DNA from: Candidatus Fimimonas gallinarum
GTDB lineage: Bacteria; Bacillota; Clostridia; Christensenellales; CAG-314
DNA: 64,000 nt
Assembly (NCBI GenBank): GCA_018712065.1
Contig: DVHL01000010.1
Span: 3,028 to 67,027, forward strand
Direction of reading: 5' to 3'
Notes under the pieces: model-generated
What the model saw: the letters and a program-made list of their open reading frames with translations, nothing else
Databases searched by the model: none
Told to the model about the DNA's origin: nothing
In this document: positions 49,149-59,873 of the stretch, in pieces
Numbering within the stretch: position 1 is the first letter of the stretch
How the letters are laid out: each line of letters starts with the position of its first letter
Position numbers and translations under genes: made by a program

Positions 49149-51761
49149 ATGATAGAAAAAACTTATCAGCCAAATTTGTTTGAAAAGCAACTGTATTTGC
49201 GTTGGCTCAAAAACGGTTACTTCACCCCAAAAGCGGAAATAGGCAAACCCTATTTTTCCATGGTTACGCCTCCGCCCAACATCACGGGGCAACTGCACTT
49301 GGGGCACGCTCTTGACAACGCCATTCAGGACAGCCTCATTCGTTTCAAACGTATGCAGGGTTTCAACACCTTGTGGTTGCCGGGCACCGATCACGCCAGC
49401 ATTGCCACGGAAGTGAAAATCATCGAAGCGTTGAAAAAACAAGGCATAGACAAGCACGACCTTGGAAGAGAAGGCTTTTTGCAACGTGCTTGGGAATGGA
49501 AAAAGCAGTACGGCGGACGCATTGTGGAACAACTCAAATACTTGGGAAGCAGTTGCGACTGGACACGTCTTGCCTTCACCATGGACGAAAATTGCAGCAA
49601 AGCGGTGCGTCAGGCGTTTGTCAGAATGTACAAAGAGGGGCTTATCTACCGTGGCGACAGAATAATCAACTGGTGTCCTCACTGTCAGACGGCACTGTCC
49701 GACGCCGAGGTGGAATATGCCGAACAGGACGGATTTTTCTGGCATTACGGATACACCACAAAGGACGGCAAAACTACCGTAACGTTTGCCACAACACGTC
49801 CCGAAACAATGCTGGGCGACACGGCTGTGGCGGTAAACCCCAACGACGAGCGTTACAAACACCTTGTCGGCAAAACCGTCATCGTGCCTTTTGTCAACAG
49901 GGAAATTCCCGTAATTGCCGACGAGTACGTGGATATGTCTTTCGGTACGGGCGTTGTTAAAATCACGCCTGCGCACGACCCCAACGACTTTGAAGTGGGC
50001 GTAAGGCACAATTTGCCGATAATCCGTGTTATGAACGACGACGGCACAATGAACGAAAATGCAGGCGAATTTGCCGGTTTGGACAGATACGAAGCACGCA
50101 AGCGCATTGTTGCCAGATTGAAAGAAATGGGAATTTTGCAAAAAGTGGAACCTCACAAGCACAATGTGGGCAGTTGCTACCGTTGCCACACAACGGTGGA
50201 GCCCATCGTTTCCAAGCAGTGGTTTGTCAAGATGGCACCCCTTGCAAAACCTGCCATCGACGCAGTCAGAAATGGCGAAATAAAGTTTCACCCCGAACGT
50301 TTTGAAAAGACCTACTTCAACTGGATGGAAAATGTGCGGGATTGGTGCATATCCCGTCAACTGTGGTGGGGACACCGCATACCCGTGTGGTACTGCGACG
50401 ATTGCGGAGCGGAAATTTGCGAAGAAACAGACCCCAAAGTGTGTCCTCATTGCGGAAGCGCACACCTTCACCAAGACGAAGACGTGTTGGATACATGGTT
50501 TTCCAGCGCTTTGTGGCCCTTCTCGACATTGGGATTCTGTTCCGACAGCGACGATTTCAAAGCATTTTTCCCGACCAGCGTGCTTTCTTGTGGCTACGAC
50601 ATAATTTTCTTCTGGGTGGCAAGGATGATTTTCAGTTCGCTGTACGCCACAGGCAAAGTACCCTTCAAAGATGTACTTATGCACGGCATTGTGCGTGACG
50701 AACAGGGCAGAAAAATGAGTAAATCCTTGGGCAACGGCATCGACCCTGTGGAATTTATCGACAAGTACGGCGCAGACACGTTGCGTTTCGCATTGCTCAA
50801 CGGCGTTGCAAACGGTTCGGACATTCGTTTCTCTTCCGACAAAATCGAAGGCACCCGCAACTTTATGAACAAAATCTGGAATGCAAGCCGTTTTGTTTTG
50901 ATGAATTGCGAAGGCAAAACGCTTGTAGATTTGTCGCAATGCAAACTGACGCTTGCAGATAAGTGGATTTTAACACGCCTAAACGACATTACACGTCAGG
51001 CAACGGACCTCATTGAAAAGTTCGAACTCGGACTTGCCTGCCAGACGCTGTTCGACTTTGTTTGGAGCGAATTTTGCGATTGGTACATCGAACTCACCAA
51101 GCCGGTACTGTACGGCACCGACGACGTTGCACGCAGGGACACTCTTTCGGTGTTGGTGTACGTTTTGGACAAAATTCTCAAACTGTTGCATCCCTTTGTG
51201 CCTTTCATCACAGAGGAAATCTATCAGGCTTTGCCACAACACGGCGAAAGCATAATGATAGAAAGGTACCCCGTCTATGACGAAAAACTCAACTTCGCCT
51301 CCGATTGCCAACTTGTGGAAGAATTGAAAGACCTTGTTGCAAAGATAAGAAACATTCGTTCGCAGTACGGCGTGGCGCCTTCCAAACGTATCCGCCTGTA
51401 CATCAAGGCGGGGGACGACAGGCTCAATTGTTGCGATATGTACCTTTCCAAACTGTGCGGACTGGAAGAGGTCATTTGCAGTTGCGCTCCCGCTGGCGAA
51501 AAATGCGTAAAAGCGGTGAGCAGCGCCGCCACATGCGAAGTGCCTTTGGGCGATTTGGTGGACAGGGACAAGGAAATTGCCCGTCTTACCAAGGAATTGG
51601 AAAATGCCGAAAGCGAAATTGCCCGTGCAAAGGGTAAGTTGAACAATCAGGGCTTTTTGTCCAAGGCACCGCAAAACTTGGTGGAAAATGAAAAAGCAAA
51701 ACTCGCCAAATTCACCGATTTGCGCAAGGAACTGCTTGACCGTCTGGAAGAATTGAAGTAG
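49149..51761 (+). CDS. valS: Valine--tRNA ligase
   Basis: PPPNITGQLHLGH, ATTRPET, DWCISRQLWWGHRIP, KMSKS, C-terminal coiled-coil. Confidence 0.98.
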   Translation: MIEKTYQPNLFEKQLYLRWLKNGYFTPKAEIGKPYFSMVTPPPNITGQLHLGHALDNAIQDSLIRFKRMQGFNTLWLPGTDHASIATEVKIIEALKKQGIDKHDLGREGFLQRAWEWKKQYGGRIVEQLKYLGSSCDWTRLAFTMDENCSKAVRQAFVRMYKEGLIYRGDRIINWCPHCQTALSDAEVEYAEQDGFFWHYGYTTKDGKTTVTFATTRPETMLGDTAVAVNPNDERYKHLVGKTVIVPFVNREIPVIADEYVDMSFGTGVVKITPAHDPNDFEVGVRHNLPIIRVMNDDGTMNENAGEFAGLDRYEARKRIVARLKEMGILQKVEPHKHNVGSCYRCHTTVEPIVSKQWFVKMAPLAKPAIDAVRNGEIKFHPERFEKTYFNWMENVRDWCISRQLWWGHRIPVWYCDDCGAEICEETDPKVCPHCGSAHLHQDEDVLDTWFSSALWPFSTLGFCSDSDDFKAFFPTSVLSCGYDIIFFWVARMIFSSLYATGKVPFKDVLMHGIVRDEQGRKMSKSLGNGIDPVEFIDKYGADTLRFALLNGVANGSDIRFSSDKIEGTRNFMNKIWNASRFVLMNCEGKTLVDLSQCKLTLADKWILTRLNDITRQATDLIEKFELGLACQTLFDFVWSEFCDWYIELTKPVLYGTDDVARRDTLSVLVYVLDKILKLLHPFVPFITEEIYQALPQHGESIMIERYPVYDEKLNFASDCQLVEELKDLVAKIRNIRSQYGVAPSKRIRLYIKAGDDRLNCCDMYLSKLCGLEEVICSCAPAGEKCVKAVSSAATCEVPLGDLVDRDKEIARLTKELENAESEIARAKGKLNNQGFLSKAPQNLVENEKAKLAKFTDLRKELLDRLEELK

Positions 51762-51774
51762 TCAATACGACAAG

Positions 51775-51808
51775 AAACAACGTCCTTTTGTGGGCGTTGT
51801 TTTTTTTG
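51775..51808 (+). terminator. valS terminator
   Basis: aaacaacgtcc-ttttgt-gggcgttgttttttt. Confidence 0.75.
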
Positions 51809-51911
51809 TCCAAAACAAATTTCTATGAGTTTAATTTTTGAGAAAACGGCAACCAACACATTTTTGCACAATTTTTGCCGATGTAGTTTTCTTTATTTTG
51901 CAGTCTTCTTA

Positions 51912-51980
51912 CCGTTGAAGTTTTCTTTCTGTTGTAGTTTATTGCCGTTGCAGTTTTCTTTCTGTTGTAGTTTGCCGTTG
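51912..51980. repeat. Short ~33-bp tandem repeat
   Basis: ccgttg(a/c)agttttctttctgttgtagttt at 51912 and 51945. Confidence 0.75.
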
Positions 51981-52155
51981 GTCTTCTTTCCGTTGTGTAC
52001 ATTGTTTGCTTTCTGTTCGGGTTTGATTTGTCAAACTGTGTTTTTGTAAAACCGTCAAAGTTTTTTGCTGTTTCAAAATGCGTGGCAGTAAAACTTCACA
52101 CAAACAACTGAGGTGTTTTCGTCGCCAATTCATACAATGAAAAAGCCTCGGATTT

Positions 52156-52497
52156 TCAAAATCCAAGGCTCAAAAGCAAAGCGTCGTTTATTTGTTGCAT
52201 AACTTCCGGAGGCAGTTCGCCGATTTTTTCCTTTATTCTGCTTTTGTCTATTGTTCGTATTTGCTCCAACAGCACAACGGAATCCTTTGGCAACGGCGAA
52301 AGTTCCTTCGCCAGAGGAATGTGCGTCGGTAATTTGGCTTTTGTAAGTTTGGAAGTGGTGGCGGCGGCAATCACCGTCGGACTGTACTTGTTCCCCACGT
52401 TGTTTTGCAACACCACAACGGGGCGTATTCCTCCCTGTTCGCTTCCCACAACTGGGTTGAGATCGGCGTAGTAAACTTCTCCACGTTTGATGGTCAT
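52156..52497 (-). CDS. mazF: PemK/MazF (NdoA-like) endoribonuclease toxin
   Basis: [42 protein letters not shown]; RBS aggaga. Confidence 0.95.
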   Translation of the reverse strand: MTIKRGEVYYADLNPVVGSEQGGIRPVVVLQNNVGNKYSPTVIAAATTSKLTKAKLPTHIPLAKELSPLPKDSVVLLEQIRTIDKSRIKEKIGELPPEVMQQINDALLLSLGF

Positions 52498-53608
52498 TTG
52501 CAGGTTCTCCTTGCAGTTATTTGCGGCGAACACTGTTCGGACGTATCAACAAAAACACAAATGCTCCGTTGTATTGTTATGTAAATTGGCGTAAAACTGT
52601 GTCCGTAGCATTAGTTAGTTTTGCCACGTTTTAAGGTATCTATACCTGTGTGTTCTTACTTAACAGCGGTGCAACGTACAAACACGCAACATGACGTTTT
52701 TTATTTTCAGAAATTACAAGGTAGTTGTTTCAAAGTGTTAAGCGTAGATAATTTTTACGGTGTCGTTTTGTGAAAGTCTGTAACTTTTAAGTTTTTTCTG
52801 CAATGAAAAAGTGCTTTGCTTGCGCTGAAATTCAAGCAGAGATTTTAACTTGCAAGTACCGAATTGGCAGTCAAAGCACGTCGTTATTTATGGCAAGTGT
52901 GCCTTTGTTTAACCTCATCACAACACTTTTGAACAGCAGCATTCATTGATTTTCCTCCTATATCTCAATTAGAACAGACTTTTTGCAGGCGCCCCCCTCT
53001 TTTAGCGCAATGCTAGGCTGTTTTAAGCAAATCGTCCTAAACTGACAAAAATGCCCTGCAGTTTTACTTGCGGCGACGGGCGCATTTTGCAGCCGTCGGC
53101 AATACAAAAACGCCCTAATGCACTTACTAACGGCAGAATTATGCAAAACTATGACGAAAAAGAAGGAAAAATCACGCAAAATGTTATTTAACCTCGCCAA
53201 GTCGTTTGACAGCGCATTGCTGTTATAGTATAATGTGTAAAAGCAAATATTTCTGTTATTTATATATATCAGAAAATGACACACCCGATAATCTGCAAAA
53301 CGTCGCGCCGTCCGACGGTGAAAGGCTTTGGCGCAAGGTCGTACAGGCTCCGAAAGTTTCGCCTGCGGCGGGCGGTGCGCCGACAGCCGTGGCAGACAGA
53401 GAAACAGGCAGGCGCGGCGTCACTCGGCACAAGGCAGGCGTTGCCGGCGGCAGTAGGGCGGTCTGGTAGTAACAATGCGGCAGGGCAATCTTCAAAGAAG
53501 GGCAAATTGCCTGTTCGGTCGCACACGGGACGTCACACGCGGCGCATATTCGCTGCGTTTAGCATATACAACTACAAAAACGACATTCCTATCGAGGAGG
53601 ACGATAAA

Positions 53609-56600
53609 ATGAAAACGAACAAAATTCTGATAATACTTTTGCTGACTGCGGCAATGGCGTTCTGCGGAGCGCTGGCGGCATGTCAGCCGCAGGAAGAGCA
53701 GTTTACCGTCACCTTCATTTCGGAGGGAGAGCAGTTCCACTCCTACACGGAGGAAAAAGGCTCCGAGGTGCAGTTCCCCGAAAGTCAGCCGCAAAAGACG
53801 GAAGACGAGCAGTACACCTATCAGTTTGTGGGCTGGTCACTTTCGGAAGGTGGCGTCACGGTGCAGTCGCACACGGTAACGCAAAACGTTACGTTCTATG
53901 CCGTGTTCGAAGCACACGAAAAACAGCCTCCCGCTCCCGTGGAATACACCGTCACCTTTATCGACGGCGTAACGCAGCAGGTGCTCAAAACGGAAAAGGT
54001 GCCCGCAGGGGGCAACGCTACTCCGCCGCAGGCTCCGCAGCACGTCGGCTACGAGTTCTCTCGTTGGCAGGGCAATTATCAAAACGTCACCGCCCGCACC
54101 GACGTGACGGCGGTATACGTGCAGAAGCAATACACCCTCGTGCGCCACTATCTGGGCAAACAGGTAACGCAGACGTTGCACTACGGCGACGCCATTCCTG
54201 CCGAATCGTTGGAAAGCCCCGTCGGGCTCAACTTCTTGGGCTGGTTTGCCGACAGCGACTGCACGCAGCCCGTCAGCGAGGTTTATCCCGACGGTATGCC
54301 CGACGCCGAAGGAGCGGTGGAAGTGTACGCAGGCTACGAGGTGGATCTTTCCTCCGCAGTCATCAACCTGCCCGCAAACCCCGTCTACGGCGACAGCGTA
54401 ACGCTTTCCCTGCCCAATACGGAAAACGTGGCGTTTTCCTACAAATGGCAGACTGCGGCGGGCGAAAGGGAGGGCGCAAGCTTTCCGTTTGAGGGCGCCG
54501 GCAGTCAGACCGTCACGGCGGTAGTCACGGCAAACTATATGGACGGCTTGGTGATAACGAAAAAAACCCTTTCGGCAACTGCGAAAGTGGCAAAGCGTCC
54601 GTTGCAGATAACGCTGGACGTGGAAAAGGAAATAATCTACGGTCAGACGGCGCAGCCCGTGGTGACGGTGACGGGGCTTCTCGAACGCGACTCCGAGCTT
54701 AAAAACAACGTCACGGCGGACATCGTCTGCGACGGCGACAAACTTGCCGTGGGGCAGTATTCCGTCACCGTCACGGCGCATGGGCTGGACAACTACTCCT
54801 ACACTTTGCCCTCCGCCTCTCTTACGGTAAAACGCGCCCCCTTAAAGGTGACCGTTTCCGCCAATAACGTCACCTACGGCGAAGAGGCAGACGTAAATTA
54901 CAGCGTTACGGGCTTTGTGTATGGCGAGGACGAAAGCGTGCTGGGCGGCAGCATTGTCTACACCTACCAAAAGGATAGTGAAAACTATACTCAAAGCGTG
55001 TTTACCGTGGGAAACTACACCGTCACGGCAAGCGGTCTTTCGGCAGACAACTACGACTTCAAGTATACGCAAGCCTCCTTCGAGGTGACAAAGCGCACCG
55101 CATACGTCACCCTTTCCGCCAATGACGTCACCTACGGCGAAAAGCCCCAAGTCACCTTTTCTCACAGCGGCTTCATCGCAGAGGACGCAGACAAAATAAG
55201 CCTCGACTTTACCTTCAACGGCAAGCTTACCGTGGGCAGTCACACCGTCACGGCAACAATTACCGACGAATATATCAACAAAAACTACGACGTGCAGGTG
55301 ACGGACGCACAGTTTTCCGTAGCCAAAGCGACGCTCCAAGTCACCGTCACGGCGAAAGACGTAACCTACGGGCAAAATCCCGCCGTCAGCTACGACGTGA
55401 CGGGCTTTGCCGACGGCGAAGACGACGGCGTGCTGGGCGGCAGCATTGTCTACACCTACCAAAAGGATAGAGAAAACTATACTCAAAGCGTGTTTACCGT
55501 GGGAAACTACACCGTCACGGCAAGCGGTCTTTCGGCAGACAACTACGACTTCAACTATACGCAAGCCTCCTTCGAGGTAAGCAAAAAGCAAGTCACGGTA
55601 ACGGTTTCGGCGCAGGACGTCACCTTCGGGCAAAGCGCCGACGTCAGCTTTACGGTTAGCGAACTTGCCTTCGAGGACACGCAGCAGGCGCTGGGAAACC
55701 TTGCCGTGCAGATATTGAAGGACGGCGAGCCCTACTACGGCTACGAGCAAAGTAAACTGCTTGCAGCAGGCGTATATACCGCCACCGTCACGGGCTTTAA
55801 CAACGACAACTACGACGTGCAGGTGCAGCAGGACGAGTTTACCGTGCAAAAAGCCACCTTCACCGTCACCGCCAATATGCAGGGTGCGGCGGACGCAAGC
55901 CTTTCCTACACCGTGCCCGAACAATTCGGCATTTTCACCTTCAAAGGCACCTTCTATCTTACCACTACCGACGAAGGCGTGTACGAGGCGACGGACGAAA
56001 CTTCCTTCAACAACTATTTCGCGTGGCAAAACGGCTATGCCATTACCGTCACCGAAACGGGCGAGGACGTGACGGCAAACTTCCGGCTTGCCTACGACGT
56101 CACCTTCACGCTGACTGCGTCGGACTTTGTCATAACGCTGCCCTCGCAGCTTACGGTGGTGTACACCGGCAAACCCAATTCTTACGGCATAACGGTGCAG
56201 GACGCCGACCAAATTGAGGGGATTTCCGTAACCTACGCTGTCAAAAAGGACGGAACCCTTTCCCAATTTACCGAAACGGTGCCCGAGCTTACTTACGCAG
56301 GACAATACACGGTGTACTATCGCGTGTCGGCACCCGGCTACAAAATGCAAGCAGGCAGCTTCACCGTTACGGTGCAAAAGGCAAAGCCTGAAATTAACGT
56401 GCCCCAGCAGGCAACGGAGTTCACCTACACCGGCGAAAGGCAGTATTTCAACGCTGACGGCGTCACGTGGAGCAGCCGCGAAGATGGCGCAGAGCTGGCG
56501 ATAGAGTCCTTTTCCTTCGTCACCGTGGCGGAAGGCAACGGCAAACAGATAAAGATAACCAGCACGGAAACGGAAAACTACCTGTCGGCGGAAATAACGG

Positions 56601-59023
56601 TAACGCTCACCGTCTGCAAGGCGCAGTTCACCCTGTCGCAGCCGGAAACTCAAAGCTACGTCTACACGGGCAGTGCACAGGGCGCGCCCATTTCGGTAAC
56701 GGCGCTGGGCGACGACCAATTCACCGTTTGGTATAACGGCGGCACAACCGTGGCGCAGTTTACCGACGCGGGCAGCTACGAAGTGACCGTTCAGGTGGGC
56801 GGCAACGACAACTACGAGGTCGCAAGCACGGTGTACCGCGTGGAAATTGCCAAGGCAACTCACAACGAAATAAACGTTTCCGGCGTCAACACGCAATACG
56901 TCTGGGACGGGCAGTCCGTCACCGTCAGCGGCGCAACGGCGCTGTTCGGCACGGTGCAGTACGAAAACGGCGTGCTTCCCTCCGCCGGTCAATGGCAGGT
57001 AACGGCGTACGTCGAGGAAACGACCAACTACGTCGGTGCGGAGAAGGAATTTACCGTGTACGTAGCAAAAGGCACCTACACCGACGAACAGCTGCAACAG
57101 GCATTGCAAAACGCCGTGACGGGCAAAGTGGTGTTCGGCTTGGGCAAAACGCTTGCCGACGTCCCCCTTGCCGAAGGGTTTGCGTTCAGCAATCCGAGTG
57201 CGGCGCTTTCCGCTAAAAACTTCACCCTGTCCGACGGCGCATACGTGGGCAGATTTGACGGCACCTATTGCGGCGACGCCGTCAACTACAATCCCGCCGA
57301 CGTCACCATCACCTTTACCGCCCGCAAGCAAAAGGTAACGGTATCCGTAGAGGGCGTTTCCCGCAAAATCGGCGATGTGGAAAGCGACGACGGGCTGTTT
57401 ACCGTAACGGCGCAGGGCGAAAACGGCGCGCTTTCGGCAGAGGAGATAGAGGTACTTTCCGTCAGCGTCAGCCACGGCATAAACTTCGCCGTGGGCGGCA
57501 CCTACGACGTGACTTACACCCTCGGGCAAAACTACTACTACGACGCCGCCTTTGAAAACGGCGAAAAGGAAATCGCTTCGTGGTTCAAGCTTTGCTCCGT
57601 GCTGTACGACAACACTTGGTACACCTTGCAGGACGCGCTAAAGAATGCCACAAGCGGCACGGTCATAGTTGCCGCAAACACCGTGGCTTCCAACAGTTCG
57701 GCATATGACGGCGCCGACTATGACGCCTATTACACCGTCAAAAAGGGCGTAACGTTGCTTGTGCCCTACGACAAAAATCATAGCACAAACACCAAGGACA
57801 TTCAGCGGTGCTACAAGAACGGCGTTACCATTCCCGCTGTGGGCACGGCGTATCGTACGCTTACTCTGGCGGCAGGCGTAACTCTGACGGTGGAAAATGG
57901 CGCAACGCTTATCGTCAACGCCAAAGTGGTGTCGGCAAGTGCGCCCGTCACCGGCATAGTGTACGGCAGTAACTTTGGTCAACTGGAAGTGCAGAAAGAC
58001 GCCCAAGTTGTCGTCAACGGTACCTTCGAGTGTATCGGCTTCACCTACGGCGAGGGCAGCGTCACCGTCAACAGCGGCGCATATCTGTACGAGCTGTTCA
58101 ACATGATAGCATACAAGGGCGGCACGAATTCTTTGAGTCTTAAAAATAAACTGTTTCCCTTAAACCAATACACGCTCACAAGCCTTTCCTGCCAAACCAC
58201 CTTTGTGAGCGGCAGCAGCTACTACGCCAAGGCTTTTGTGACGGGAAAACTTCCGTTTTTTGGTATTATGGATCAAAACGCCGACGTGCAATTCGCGTCC
58301 AACAGCCCCGACGCCTTCATTCAGATGAACAGCGAAAATGCATATGTGGAAAAGCGTATCGACGAAAAGACCGGCAGGACATCTTTCGACTGCTACGGCG
58401 ACGTGATCCTCAACAATATCACCCTGTCGTTGGGAGGCATATTTGCTTTCGATACCGCCGGCTTGCCGGTGCCCGTTCCGGGGCATTTCTCCATCACCGT
58501 GCACGGCAATGCTTCAATGGCAAAGGAAACGCAGATAAAGCTGCTGCCCGGGGCGCAGCTCACGGTGGAAAAGGGCGCGACACTCACAGTCGAAGGTTCC
58601 GACAGCTCCGTCAAGGGCGGTCTGTCCTCCTACGACGGCAACGCCGCGTTCGATAGCGGCGTGACGCAATGGAAGGACGGCACTGATGCCTATTCCATAG
58701 CGCAGTTCAAAACGGTGTACCGCACCGTTCCCACCAACCTCGATTACGATTCGTCAAGCTCCGCCGTGATATTGGTAAAGGGCACTCTGACAGTCAGCTC
58801 CTCGGCGTACTTTGCCGGCGTGGTCACAGGCGAGGAGGGCGGTACCGTCGAGCTTGCAGAGGGAGCGGCGACCACCGTCACCTTAAATGAAATTCTCAGC
58901 GGTTCAGACACCTACACGGCAACGCTCAACGCCATTCTCAAGGGCGCAAACACCATAAACCAAGTCACTGCGGGAACCTATACGTACACCGACGGCAGTT
59001 GGGTGCTTAAACCCGCTGCGTAA
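53609..59023 (+). CDS. Large surface lipoprotein (1804 aa) with InlB-B-like and MBG/Ig-like repeats
   Basis: RBS gaggagg, lipobox ALAAC; YTVTF..G...GYEF..W repeats, VTYG..P..Y...G..NY repeats; beta-rich C-terminus. Confidence 0.85.
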   Translation: MKTNKILIILLLTAAMAFCGALAACQPQEEQFTVTFISEGEQFHSYTEEKGSEVQFPESQPQKTEDEQYTYQFVGWSLSEGGVTVQSHTVTQNVTFYAVFEAHEKQPPAPVEYTVTFIDGVTQQVLKTEKVPAGGNATPPQAPQHVGYEFSRWQGNYQNVTARTDVTAVYVQKQYTLVRHYLGKQVTQTLHYGDAIPAESLESPVGLNFLGWFADSDCTQPVSEVYPDGMPDAEGAVEVYAGYEVDLSSAVINLPANPVYGDSVTLSLPNTENVAFSYKWQTAAGEREGASFPFEGAGSQTVTAVVTANYMDGLVITKKTLSATAKVAKRPLQITLDVEKEIIYGQTAQPVVTVTGLLERDSELKNNVTADIVCDGDKLAVGQYSVTVTAHGLDNYSYTLPSASLTVKRAPLKVTVSANNVTYGEEADVNYSVTGFVYGEDESVLGGSIVYTYQKDSENYTQSVFTVGNYTVTASGLSADNYDFKYTQASFEVTKRTAYVTLSANDVTYGEKPQVTFSHSGFIAEDADKISLDFTFNGKLTVGSHTVTATITDEYINKNYDVQVTDAQFSVAKATLQVTVTAKDVTYGQNPAVSYDVTGFADGEDDGVLGGSIVYTYQKDRENYTQSVFTVGNYTVTASGLSADNYDFNYTQASFEVSKKQVTVTVSAQDVTFGQSADVSFTVSELAFEDTQQALGNLAVQILKDGEPYYGYEQSKLLAAGVYTATVTGFNNDNYDVQVQQDEFTVQKATFTVTANMQGAADASLSYTVPEQFGIFTFKGTFYLTTTDEGVYEATDETSFNNYFAWQNGYAITVTETGEDVTANFRLAYDVTFTLTASDFVITLPSQLTVVYTGKPNSYGITVQDADQIEGISVTYAVKKDGTLSQFTETVPELTYAGQYTVYYRVSAPGYKMQAGSFTVTVQKAKPEINVPQQATEFTYTGERQYFNADGVTWSSREDGAELAIESFSFVTVAEGNGKQIKITSTETENYLSAEITVTLTVCKAQFTLSQPETQSYVYTGSAQGAPISVTALGDDQFTVWYNGGTTVAQFTDAGSYEVTVQVGGNDNYEVASTVYRVEIAKATHNEINVSGVNTQYVWDGQSVTVSGATALFGTVQYENGVLPSAGQWQVTAYVEETTNYVGAEKEFTVYVAKGTYTDEQLQQALQNAVTGKVVFGLGKTLADVPLAEGFAFSNPSAALSAKNFTLSDGAYVGRFDGTYCGDAVNYNPADVTITFTARKQKVTVSVEGVSRKIGDVESDDGLFTVTAQGENGALSAEEIEVLSVSVSHGINFAVGGTYDVTYTLGQNYYYDAAFENGEKEIASWFKLCSVLYDNTWYTLQDALKNATSGTVIVAANTVASNSSAYDGADYDAYYTVKKGVTLLVPYDKNHSTNTKDIQRCYKNGVTIPAVGTAYRTLTLAAGVTLTVENGATLIVNAKVVSASAPVTGIVYGSNFGQLEVQKDAQVVVNGTFECIGFTYGEGSVTVNSGAYLYELFNMIAYKGGTNSLSLKNKLFPLNQYTLTSLSCQTTFVSGSSYYAKAFVTGKLPFFGIMDQNADVQFASNSPDAFIQMNSENAYVEKRIDEKTGRTSFDCYGDVILNNITLSLGGIFAFDTAGLPVPVPGHFSITVHGNASMAKETQIKLLPGAQLTVEKGATLTVEGSDSSVKGGLSSYDGNAAFDSGVTQWKDGTDAYSIAQFKTVYRTVPTNLDYDSSSSAVILVKGTLTVSSSAYFAGVVTGEEGGTVELAEGAATTVTLNEILSGSDTYTATLNAILKGANTINQVTAGTYTYTDGSWVLKPAA
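54936..55578 (+). repeat. Intragenic ~151-bp near-identical direct repeat, period 492
   Basis: 54936-55086 vs 55428-55578 (VLGGSIVYTYQKD.ENYTQSVFTVGNY...), two mismatches seen. Confidence 0.9.
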
Positions 59024-59135
59024 ATGACGGAGAGCCCTCTTCCCATCGGGAAGGGGCACTCTGTCTGTACGGACATTTTTTGCGGCGGCTGCCGCACACT
59101 AATACAGGAGAAGCCTCTGTTTGGGGGCAAAGGAT

Positions 59136-59873
59136 ATGCAACAGACTATTCTTCAGGTAAAGGATCTTTGCAAAAAATATTCCGCCAAGGCGGACTACGC
59201 CGTGCAAAACGTCACCTTCGACTGCGCCGCAGGCGAGGTGGTGGGCATTCTGGGACACAACGGCGCCGGCAAAAGCACCACGTTGAAGTGCCTCGAGGGC
59301 ATGATCCCCTTCGACAAGGGGGAAATTTCCGTGTGCGGCTTCGACGTAAAAACGCAGGCGGTGCAGGCAAAAAGCAATATGGGCTTTGTCACCGACGACC
59401 ACGCCGTGTTCGTCAACATGACGGGCTTGCAGTATCTGGAATTTATGTGCGACGTCTACAAGGTGCCCGCAGGCGAAAGGCAAAGCCGTCTGGAGCAACT
59501 TCAGCAGATATTGGATCTGGGCGACAGCGTCTACGACGTCATTTCTTCCTATTCCCACGGCATGAAGCAAAAAATCTGCATGATGGGTTCCCTTATGCAC
59601 CGCCCCAAGCTGTGGATACTTGACGAACCTATGACGGGGCTGGATCCCGTCACCATGCGTTCGGTGCTGCAATTTATGCGCAGCTACGTTTCGCACGGCA
59701 ACGCCATACTGTTTTCCTCTCACGACCTCAACGTGGTGGCGAAGGTGTGCGACAGAGTGGTTATGCTGCGCAAGGGCAAACAGCTGTTGAACCTCGACGT
59801 GGCGGTGCAAAAGGCGCAGGATCCCAATTTCGATTTCGAGGAGTACTTTTTGGCACATGAAGCAAAAAATTGA
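59136..59873 (+). CDS. ABC-2 type transporter ATP-binding protein
   Basis: GHNGAGKST, YSHGMKQK, WILDEP, SSH. Confidence 0.93.
   Translation: MQQTILQVKDLCKKYSAKADYAVQNVTFDCAAGEVVGILGHNGAGKSTTLKCLEGMIPFDKGEISVCGFDVKTQAVQAKSNMGFVTDDHAVFVNMTGLQYLEFMCDVYKVPAGERQSRLEQLQQILDLGDSVYDVISSYSHGMKQKICMMGSLMHRPKLWILDEPMTGLDPVTMRSVLQFMRSYVSHGNAILFSSHDLNVVAKVCDRVVMLRKGKQLLNLDVAVQKAQDPNFDFEEYFLAHEAKN

Noticed and set aside
52527-52539. LexA box upstream of mazF
   Set aside because: The spacing is GAAC-N3-GTTC rather than the required N4; kept only as a palindrome.
54936-55578. Diversity-generating retroelement TR/VR pair
   Set aside because: Both copies are in-frame domains of one gene, mismatches are not adenine-specific (one is G/C), and no reverse transcriptase is in the window.
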